From a virus (Duplodnaviria > Caudoviricetes), in the IMG/VR virus record IMGVR_UViG_3300017785_003577, positions 1 to 38,287 of that record: 38,287 nt of DNA; one strand, 5' to 3'. The notes beneath the pieces are model-generated. The model was not told where the DNA came from. It did not search any database and was given only the letters and a program-made list of their open reading frames with translations. Made by a program: the position numbers and the translations under genes. How positions within the stretch are numbered: position 1 is the first letter of the stretch; each line of letters begins with the position of its first letter. Below are positions 9,955 to 17,121 of the stretch, piece by piece.

Positions 9955-9962
9955 TATTTATG
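9955..9962 (-). promoter_or_regulatory. Late promoter CATAAATA for gp13
   Basis: NATAAATA upstream of an AGGAGG SD and the ATG at 9933. Confidence 0.7.
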
Positions 9963-9977
9963 CTTCGATTGGATTAC

Positions 9978-10298
9978 TTACCAGGGTAATGGTGCAGGTT
10001 GTGGAACTGGAATTGATGCTTTAGCAATCTGGTCAGTTACTTCTTGTTCCATGGCGGACACACGATCCTCACCTAAAGCATTTTTAGTCCATTGTAAAGC
10101 TTGTTCTTCAGTAATATCAGCATAGGGTGTGAAGTTTTCTGCATCTGGTGCCAATAAATTGACAGCATAACTCACTTGTCCTGTATATTCTCCATCGGTA
10201 CCGCTGATAGAAAAGTTGGACATTACAGCCACTTTCTCTAAGTCGCCTTCATTTTGTACCATTAAACCAGTAACTTTCCATGTGTATGTGATTGCCAT
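9978..10298 (-). CDS. Small acidic protein of a family commonly next to phage tail fibre genes (possible fibre accessory/chaperone)
   Basis: Pattern YTWKV...GTDGEY...FTPYADITEEQALQW...PLPW; AAGGAG SD; own TATAAATA. Confidence 0.6.
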   Translation of the reverse strand: MAITYTWKVTGLMVQNEGDLEKVAVMSNFSISGTDGEYTGQVSYAVNLLAPDAENFTPYADITEEQALQWTKNALGEDRVSAMEQEVTDQIAKASIPVPQPAPLPW

Positions 10299-10323
10299 TT
10301 GAACAACTCCTTTGTTTATACTA

Positions 10324-10331
10324 TATTTATA
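10324..10331 (-). promoter_or_regulatory. Late promoter TATAAATA
   Basis: Perfect consensus, 25 nt upstream of the ATG at 10298. Confidence 0.75.
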
Positions 10332-10342
10332 ATTTAAACCAT

Positions 10343-11176
10343 TTAATTAAGACCCAACTCTTTACGAATCTTTGTAGCGGAGATTGAGTGTGTTTCATCA
10401 TCAAATGTTTCTTGTTCAATTTTGTAACCCACATCACGACCATAAGTAATATTTACAATGTTTGGTACCACCTGAATCTCGTATTGTCCTTGATAAATTG
10501 GATCTAAATCACGTTTAATATAAGATTTAACTTGTTCAATGGCAAACGGATTAGAACCTTGCCATCCTTGGCAATCTCGAATCTGAATAACTACTTGACC
10601 GGTTTTAGCAATGGATCGGTCAAACAATGCTCGATGACCTTCATGCCATGGTTGCCAACGACCTAACATCTGTACTGTTTCTTTTTGCCAATCAAATGTT
10701 GGCCGCCTACGATTTTCAATAATATGATTACCAATAAACTCAGCCCACTTTTCAGCATTCTGTTCGGTCACACGAAAGTCATATACCTCTGGTGGAATAA
10801 AGGCTTTGTTAGTATCTTCAAAACGACCTTTGTCAATGGTGTCCATCCAAATAGTCCAATCGGCCTTGAAGTTGTTTCTCATCTCCACCAATGGTGCCAC
10901 AAAATCACAGATAACATAATCACCACCAGCCTCTAAAGCAAACTGTGCCATTCTTAACGATTGACGAATACGACCAGTATCAGTAAAATCCCAATCGTTG
11001 TATTTTTTACGAACTTCATCAGCATTGAACCAAGTAACTTGAGCATTAAAACCTGTGATAGGTAACATCTCAGCATTACTATTTGTCGTACCGTTTTTTT
11101 CAAGATACTTCTTTAATGCTTCCGCCATAAATGTTTTACCTGAACCAGGTAATCCCATAATCAAAATCTTTTTCAT
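10343..11176 (-). CDS. Fusion of an adenylylsulfate-kinase (CysC)-like P-loop domain and a HIGH-family nucleotidyltransferase domain
   Basis: N-half: GLPGSGKT, NADEVR, DFTDTGRIRQSLRM, DFVAP (CysC-like). C-half: LGRWQPWHEGH (HxGH) and terminal SISATKIR. Confidence 0.8.
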   Translation of the reverse strand: MKKILIMGLPGSGKTFMAEALKKYLEKNGTTNSNAEMLPITGFNAQVTWFNADEVRKKYNDWDFTDTGRIRQSLRMAQFALEAGGDYVICDFVAPLVEMRNNFKADWTIWMDTIDKGRFEDTNKAFIPPEVYDFRVTEQNAEKWAEFIGNHIIENRRRPTFDWQKETVQMLGRWQPWHEGHRALFDRSIAKTGQVVIQIRDCQGWQGSNPFAIEQVKSYIKRDLDPIYQGQYEIQVVPNIVNITYGRDVGYKIEQETFDDETHSISATKIRKELGLN

Positions 11177-11186
11177 TTATATTCCT

Positions 11187-11924
11187 TTATTGAGGTTTGC
11201 ATAATAAATTATTTCCAACTACTGTGTAATCATATTCATACTGATTTAAAAATTGTTTGATATCGTCTATAATAGTTTTTCTATTATCACAATGTTCCAC
11301 AAATATAATAGGCAAGTGTTTTTTAATTGTGTTAGAACCTCCAACTAAAACGTCCAAATCCATGCCTTCCACATCTATCTTTAATAAATGTACTTTAGGT
11401 ATATTATAGTGTTCTAAAAACCAATCAATTGTGTGTATGTCAACAACAACTTTATTGTTTGTTTTTTCAGTAATAATATCTTCTACTAAACTAAAAGTAC
11501 CAAAATCATTTTTTCTAAAGTAATTGGGTTCTACGAATTCAATCTTAGTATTTTCTTTACCTAATCCAATGTTGTATGGGTATACATTATATAGATTGTT
11601 TATAGAGGCATTCCCACATAACATTTTAAACACTTCTCTTTGGGGTTCAAAACAATATATTTTTCCCTGAGGAAATGCTCTGGCCATCCAAGTGGTGAAT
11701 GTTCCTATATTGGCACCAATGTCAAATATTACAGGCTCAGAAAATTCTTTAATTGATTCATAACAATTAAATGCTTCTATTGTTGAGGTATTACCATGAT
11801 CCAGTAACCATTGACCGTGGCCAACTTGGTTATCATTGCAATCAAAACGATTTACAATCATCAACCCGTGGTCACAACTCAATAACACATTACGGTGAAC
11901 TTTATCACCTACATTAAATATCAT
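11187..11924 (-). CDS. FkbM-family SAM methyltransferase
   Basis: IFDIGANIG, YCFEPQ, LLKIDVEGMDLDVLVG, PIIFVE. Confidence 0.92.
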   Translation of the reverse strand: MIFNVGDKVHRNVLLSCDHGLMIVNRFDCNDNQVGHGQWLLDHGNTSTIEAFNCYESIKEFSEPVIFDIGANIGTFTTWMARAFPQGKIYCFEPQREVFKMLCGNASINNLYNVYPYNIGLGKENTKIEFVEPNYFRKNDFGTFSLVEDIITEKTNNKVVVDIHTIDWFLEHYNIPKVHLLKIDVEGMDLDVLVGGSNTIKKHLPIIFVEHCDNRKTIIDDIKQFLNQYEYDYTVVGNNLLCKPQ

Positions 11925-11928
11925 AATA

Positions 11929-12531
11929 TTAAAAAATATTTAAATTTTCAAATCTTCCTGGTTTGTGTACTTTAATAAAGATGTTAACCGATTCTGCCAC
12001 ATTTGATAATGTATTAAGTTTATTGTTTAACTCTCCACTACCCAACATACCATTTGCTAATTGTTCTTTCCAATATCCAACAATTTCATACGTTACATCG
12101 TATACCTCTAAGTCAACAGAGTGATATATTCCAAACGTACTATCACTAAATTTCTTTTGAATAGATTCGTGATTTACTTTTTGGTCAAACATCTTAAATG
12201 TTTTGGCAGATAAAGGCCTAACATGGGTGTAATCGTCCCAAAACAAATCACAACGGTGATGTGGAACATTTATAAACCATTCTGCTTGATCGGCACTTAC
12301 TCGATACATTTCTTTAATAACATTGGTAAAAACTTTTGGGTCTTGACCTAGATGTTCTAAGATATTATCTGCTGTAATCTTCTCAAAGAAGTTATCTTCA
12401 TATGGCCATGGAGTTTTTTCAAAGTCTAATACTTCATCAGGATTACATTTAGCTTCCACGTCCACATTCCAATGGTCGTTTAATTTTTTAAACCCACAAC
12501 CCATGTTTAGTTTTTTATGTTCTGGTGTCAT
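11929..12531 (-). CDS. Class I SAM-dependent methyltransferase-like protein (type 11-like)
   Basis: LNMGCG, NVD, PWPYEDN, ILEHL, KEMYRV, VPH...DYTH. Start moved to ATG 12531 (AAGGA SD; avoids overlap with the upstream gene). Confidence 0.82.
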   Translation of the reverse strand: MTPEHKKLNMGCGFKKLNDHWNVDVEAKCNPDEVLDFEKTPWPYEDNFFEKITADNILEHLGQDPKVFTNVIKEMYRVSADQAEWFINVPHHRCDLFWDDYTHVRPLSAKTFKMFDQKVNHESIQKKFSDSTFGIYHSVDLEVYDVTYEIVGYWKEQLANGMLGSGELNNKLNTLSNVAESVNIFIKVHKPGRFENLNIF

Positions 12532-12542
12532 AATATATCCTT

Positions 12543-13340
12543 TTAAATCCAAGCGTTCCAAAATATTTCACGATTGTATTGTTCGTAAATATCAAGTCCA
12601 AGATACTCCACACAGTTAACTGTGGTACGATCCAGTGATGGTTTAACTTTGTGTAAATTAGGTAAACCAATTGCCAAATCATTATAGACTTCTGTTTGAA
12701 CAATCTTTTCAAAGTCATGTTCGTATTTTGGTAATTCTAAAAATTCATAGATTCGTTTTGTTTGACTTTTTGGACTATTGCAAAAACGGTTGTAATCAAT
12801 AAAAAGAAAACGATCCAAGTAACCCATAGTAATTGCATCTTTAATATTTCTATGTGATAAACCCATTGGGCCTTCAGGACCAGCATAGTAATAAGCTCTA
12901 GAAGCAATATTAGACCCTTCTCTTAAAGAAGAATCTGCTTTAGTAAAAAACAAAGGATTATCTTTTCTAAGTTTTTCAAAAGAAGTTAAGATTTCGGCTG
13001 GGTTTCTAACACAAACCACAATTTTAACTTTGCGTTTCAATACTGCTTCTACTTGAGGCAGTAATGGAATCCATCCACGGTCTTTATCAATAACAAAAGG
13101 CTTATCAATATGAGAATAATATCCTTGTAGAACTGATTTTAAAACTCCAACTTTAGCCTCTGTATTATTATATTCTTGATTTGTTTCCATACTGAACCAA
13201 GAAGCATTAATGCTACCAAATATAGAAGATAAAGAACTTACAGATTCTCCGTGAACTTTTGGATTTTGTTTGAGTATATTTGTTATGAGAGTGGAACCCG
13301 ATCTTGGGAGACCTGCCACAAAATGTAGAGTTTTTTCCAT
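12543..13340 (-). CDS. PAPS-dependent sulfotransferase family protein
   Basis: 5'-PSB loop AGLPRSGSTL; DKDRGW; 3'-PB motif VRNPAEILTSF; FIDYNRFCNSP...RIYEFLEL. Confidence 0.88.
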   Translation of the reverse strand: MEKTLHFVAGLPRSGSTLITNILKQNPKVHGESVSSLSSIFGSINASWFSMETNQEYNNTEAKVGVLKSVLQGYYSHIDKPFVIDKDRGWIPLLPQVEAVLKRKVKIVVCVRNPAEILTSFEKLRKDNPLFFTKADSSLREGSNIASRAYYYAGPEGPMGLSHRNIKDAITMGYLDRFLFIDYNRFCNSPKSQTKRIYEFLELPKYEHDFEKIVQTEVYNDLAIGLPNLHKVKPSLDRTTVNCVEYLGLDIYEQYNREIFWNAWI

Positions 13341-13384
13341 GATTACCTTTTCAGTTTAAAATTATAAAGTCAACGTTTATTATA

Positions 13385-13392
13385 TATTTATG
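13385..13392 (-). promoter_or_regulatory. Late promoter CATAAATA for the sulfotransferase-MTase-MTase-kinase run
   Basis: NATAAATA overlapping the glycosyltransferase stop, 44 nt upstream of the ATG at 13340. Confidence 0.62.
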
Positions 13393-14434
13393 CGTCTATT
13401 TCCTCAGTTTTTTTAGGAAACAATTCTGCCAGTTCTTTGCCAACTTTTTCAAATGTGTCTGTCCAATCTCCAAACTTTGTTTGTCTAAAAACTTTAGTGG
13501 TGTTTTGATACCAAGGACTGTGGTCTCCACCATAAGCCCAAACATGATATGGTAATATTGGCACAATCACCCAAGTGGGTTTTCCCATTGCAGAAGCTAA
13601 ATGAGCAATACTAGTACATGATGTAATAACTAAATCTAAATTAGCAATACATGCAGCCGTATCTTCCCAAGAAATTATTAAATGTTGAAGGTCATTTATA
13701 CTTTCAGGTAATTCTTTTACATCTGTATCTCTTTGTAAACTATAAAATTGTATATGAGAAAAATCTTTGTGTATATCAATTAATTTTTGAGCGGGAAAAA
13801 TACGAAACTGTTGATGCTCAAAAAGAGGACTACCACTCCAACGAATACCCACTTTTATTTTTTTTGTGTTTAACATTGTTTTCCAAAGATCCACACTTTC
13901 ATTTTTGGCAAAAATGTAAGGATCATTTGGTAAATTATCAAATTCATGTCCAAATAACCAGCTAGCACTAAATCCTGGAATCCAAAAATCATGATATGTT
14001 CTAGACACTTCATCTAAAGTGATACATTCTTTAACACCAGGAATTCGTAGAAATAGTGGGTGTAAAGATTTGTCACAACACATGATACAAGTACCGCCCT
14101 GTTTCCAAATTTCTGTGGCAAATCTTGCATAAATTATTTGGTCACCAAAACCACATTCCATATTCAAAATAACGGTCTTACCTTTTAGATCGCTTTGATC
14201 CCAAATTGGCTTAGTGGTATTAATTTTGCCACTACCATAAACTTTAAGTGCTCGGCCGTGCTCAAGGCATTTAAATCCTTCTTGTAAGTTTCCTTGATTA
14301 ATAAGAAACCATCCACGATTAAATTTGGCTTTTGGATCTGTAGGATCTAAAGCTTCTAGTTCTTCTGCTAGTTTCCAAGCTTCATCAAATCTTCCTCGTA
14401 TCATTAAATTTAGCTGCTGGTCAATCAAATGCAT
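13388..14434 (-). CDS. TPR-containing GT-B glycosyltransferase (GT9/heptosyltransferase-like)
   Basis: N-terminal TPR-like helices (GRFDEAWKLAEELEALDPTDPKAKFNRG); ECGFGDQIIYARF, KVGIRWSG, WEDTAACIANLDLVITSCTSIAHLASAMGKPTW, SPWY. ATG at 14434 has an AGGAG SD. Confidence 0.85.
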   Translation of the reverse strand: MHLIDQQLNLMIRGRFDEAWKLAEELEALDPTDPKAKFNRGWFLINQGNLQEGFKCLEHGRALKVYGSGKINTTKPIWDQSDLKGKTVILNMECGFGDQIIYARFATEIWKQGGTCIMCCDKSLHPLFLRIPGVKECITLDEVSRTYHDFWIPGFSASWLFGHEFDNLPNDPYIFAKNESVDLWKTMLNTKKIKVGIRWSGSPLFEHQQFRIFPAQKLIDIHKDFSHIQFYSLQRDTDVKELPESINDLQHLIISWEDTAACIANLDLVITSCTSIAHLASAMGKPTWVIVPILPYHVWAYGGDHSPWYQNTTKVFRQTKFGDWTDTFEKVGKELAELFPKKTEEIDA

Positions 14435-14458
14435 TCTCAACTCCTATATTATAATTAA

Positions 14459-14466
14459 TATTTATC
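14459..14466 (-). promoter_or_regulatory. Late promoter GATAAATA for the glycosyltransferase
   Basis: NATAAATA in the RCC1-GT gap. Confidence 0.6.
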
Positions 14467-14479
14467 ACACATTTTAAAT

Positions 14480-16615
14480 TTATTTAAGTAAAGCAACTGT
14501 ATGAAAGCCGCCAGTCGTTACGTCAGTCCAAGAGCTAGATCCAATTTGTACTGGACTGGATCTATTGGTAGTTGTACCATCTCCTAGTTGGCCCGAACTA
14601 TTATATCCCCATGTAAACAAGGCACCACCAGAACGTATAGCAGCTGTAAACTGACCAGTAGCAGTTCTTACAACCGTCCAGGAACTGGATCCTATCTGTA
14701 CTGGACTGGATCTATTGGTAGTAGTACCATCTCCTAGTTGGCCAAAACTATTACCACCCCATGTAAATAATGTACCACCAGAACGAATAGCGATTGTATA
14801 GTCTTGTCCAGCGCCTACAGCAGTCCATGAGCTAGACCCTATTTGTACTGGACTGGACCTATTGGTAGACCCACCATCCCCCAAGCGTCCAGCATTGCTA
14901 AATCCCCACGTAAACAATCTACCATCAGAACGAATGGCTGCACAATGCGCCAGGCCAACCGATACAGCAGTCCATGAGCTAGATCCTATTTGTACTGGAC
15001 TGGATTTAGTAACAGTTGAACCATCTCCTAATTGGCCTAGACCACCATTTCCCCACGTAAACAATATACCATCAAATCGAATAGCAGCTGCGTTACTTTG
15101 GCCAAAACCCACAGCAGTCCATGAGCTAGATCCTATTTGTACTGGACTGGATCTATTGGTAGTAGTACCATCTCCTATTTGGCCAGAATAATTCTGTCCC
15201 CATGTAAACAATATACCATCAGAACGAATAGCCGCTGAGTTATAAAATCCAGCCGCTACAGCAGTCCAAGAGCTAGATCCTATTTGTACTGGACTGGATT
15301 TAGTAACAGTTGAACCATCTCCTAATCGCCCACTACCATTACTTCCCCATGCGAATAATAAATTATCTGAACGAATAGCAACTGTGTGAAGTCTACCAGC
15401 AGATACAGCAGTCCATGAACTGGATGATATTTCGGTTGGTGAACTTACGCTATTTATTCCTATTGTTATCGGACTGCTTTTACTAGTGGTTGTATCATCT
15501 CCTAAATTACCATAGTTATTATTCCCCCACATAAACAAAGTACCAGTACCCTCAGAACGAATGGCTCCTGTAAAAGCCTGGACTACCCCAGGCTGGCCAC
15601 CAGCAGAAACGGCTGTCCAAGAGCTGGATCCGATTTGTACTGGACTGGATTTAGAGACAAGTGTACTATCTCCCAACTGACCAACACCATTATATCCCCA
15701 TGTAAATAATAACCCATCAGAACGAATAGCAGCCGTATGAGAAGTGCTAGCGGACACAGCAGTCCATGAACTGGAACCTATTTGTACTGGACTGGATCTA
15801 TTAGTAGTTGTACCATCTCCCAATTGGCCACTAGTATTACGTCCCCATGTAAACAAAGTTCCACCAGAACGTATGGCTAGTGTATGATTTTGACCTGCAG
15901 CTATAGCAGTCCATGAGCTAGATCCTATTTGTACTGGACTGGATCTATTAGTAGTTGTACCATCTCCCAATGCGCCGTATCCATTAAGTCCCCATGTAAA
16001 CAAAGTTCCACCAGAACGTATGGCTGTCGTATGAAAGGCACCATTGCGTACAGCAGTCCATGAGCTAGATCCTATTTGTACAGGACTGGATCTGGTGGTA
16101 TTTGTACCATCACCTAATTGGCCAGAATAATTGAATCCCCATGTAAATAACAAACCATCAGAACGAATAGCGGCGGTAAAAGCGGCACCAGCAGCCACAG
16201 CAGTCCATGAGCTAGACCCTATTTGTACTGGACTTGATTTACTAAATCCGGTACCATCTCCTAGTTGGCCCGAACTATTATAACCCCACGTAAATAATGT
16301 ACCACCAGAACGTATAGCAGCCGTATGAGTACCTCCGGCAGCCACAGCAGTCCATGAGCTAGACCCTATTTGTACTGGACTGGATTTTTGAGTAGTTGTA
16401 CCATCTCCTAATTGACCATTGAGAGCTCTTCCCCATGTAAACAATAAGCCGTCAGAACGAATAGCCGCCGTATGCCGAAATCCAGTACTTATTGCACTCC
16501 AACTAAGAAAAGTATTTTTTCCTAATTGCCCACTACTATTGTTTCCCCACGCATATAAAAAATTACTAGGGACAGAAGTACCAGCTTTAGCTAATAGTTG
16601 TTCAATTAATAACAT
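14480..16615 (-). CDS. RCC1/BLIP-II-like repeat beta-propeller protein (14 blades), putative receptor-binding adhesin
   Basis: 13 full ~49-aa repeats SWTAV.AG..HTAAIRSDG.LFTWG.N..GQLGDG....RSSPVQIG plus N- and C-terminal half repeats. Confidence 0.9.
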   Translation of the reverse strand: MLLIEQLLAKAGTSVPSNFLYAWGNNSSGQLGKNTFLSWSAISTGFRHTAAIRSDGLLFTWGRALNGQLGDGTTTQKSSPVQIGSSSWTAVAAGGTHTAAIRSGGTLFTWGYNSSGQLGDGTGFSKSSPVQIGSSSWTAVAAGAAFTAAIRSDGLLFTWGFNYSGQLGDGTNTTRSSPVQIGSSSWTAVRNGAFHTTAIRSGGTLFTWGLNGYGALGDGTTTNRSSPVQIGSSSWTAIAAGQNHTLAIRSGGTLFTWGRNTSGQLGDGTTTNRSSPVQIGSSSWTAVSASTSHTAAIRSDGLLFTWGYNGVGQLGDSTLVSKSSPVQIGSSSWTAVSAGGQPGVVQAFTGAIRSEGTGTLFMWGNNNYGNLGDDTTTSKSSPITIGINSVSSPTEISSSSWTAVSAGRLHTVAIRSDNLLFAWGSNGSGRLGDGSTVTKSSPVQIGSSSWTAVAAGFYNSAAIRSDGILFTWGQNYSGQIGDGTTTNRSSPVQIGSSSWTAVGFGQSNAAAIRFDGILFTWGNGGLGQLGDGSTVTKSSPVQIGSSSWTAVSVGLAHCAAIRSDGRLFTWGFSNAGRLGDGGSTNRSSPVQIGSSSWTAVGAGQDYTIAIRSGGTLFTWGGNSFGQLGDGTTTNRSSPVQIGSSSWTVVRTATGQFTAAIRSGGALFTWGYNSSGQLGDGTTTNRSSPVQIGSSSWTDVTTGGFHTVALLK
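14490..16505 (-). repeat. ~147-bp tandem coding repeats (RCC1 blades)
   Basis: Recurrent plus-strand block cagtccatgagctagatcctatttgtactggactggat at ~147-bp spacing. Confidence 0.92.
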
Positions 16616-17110
16616 TTAATTTTCTAATGATGGCCAATTGACTTGTTCAATATTAACAATTTCATTTTCTGAATAATCTTCAACAATATCTCTTAGAGCC
16701 TGCCGATATACAATCCATTTATTTTTTGTAGTTTCATCAAAAAAATTCTGTACATCTTGTAACTGAGTCCAATCACAATTGGCCAGCAACTCATTTCTTT
16801 TATTTCTCAATTGCTCTATGAATCTATATTTTAAAGTAGAAAATTCTTCAACGGGTTCTGGTTGTTTTTCGGATAATATAATACTTTCTAAAACATCATT
16901 CTCCCTAATTTCATAATCATAACCACTTACATAGTGAGTTAAATCATTCCATGTTTCACTTTGTTTAGTTACAGGATACCAACCTGCAGATTTTAAAAAA
17001 GGCAAATCATCAGCAGCCAAATTTAGTCCGCTAATATTTTTCCAAGTTTTAGGTAGTAAATCATACTGACCTGTAATTTCATTATTTTCTATGTGTACCC
17101 AATTTGCCAT
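16616..17110 (-). CDS. Tail fibre assembly chaperone-like protein
   Basis: C-terminal LRNKRNELLANCDWTQLQD...WIVYRQALRDI...WP, typical of phage tail assembly chaperones; directly downstream of a fibre gene. Confidence 0.8.
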   Translation of the reverse strand: MANWVHIENNEITGQYDLLPKTWKNISGLNLAADDLPFLKSAGWYPVTKQSETWNDLTHYVSGYDYEIRENDVLESIILSEKQPEPVEEFSTLKYRFIEQLRNKRNELLANCDWTQLQDVQNFFDETTKNKWIVYRQALRDIVEDYSENEIVNIEQVNWPSLEN

Positions 17111-17121
17111 TTTAATATCCG

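Noticed and set aside
10343-13340. Reading the cassette as DNA modification or a simple sulfur-assimilation AMG
   Set aside because: No DNA-MTase catalytic motifs (DPPY/NPPY/PC) and no cysH or sulfite reductase; late-promoter structural context fits surface modification better. Disfavoured, not disproven.
14490-16505. CRISPR-like look of regularly spaced near-identical DNA blocks
   Set aside because: Period is ~147 bp and in frame, the intervening segments are homologous, and no cas genes are present; these are RCC1 coding repeats.
14480-16615. Diversity-generating retroelement targeting the RCC1 or LamG genes
   Set aside because: No reverse transcriptase or non-coding template repeat in the window, and several variable codons (AGA, CAG, TCG) are not derivable from AAY by adenine mutagenesis. 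Cannot be excluded for the rest of the genome.
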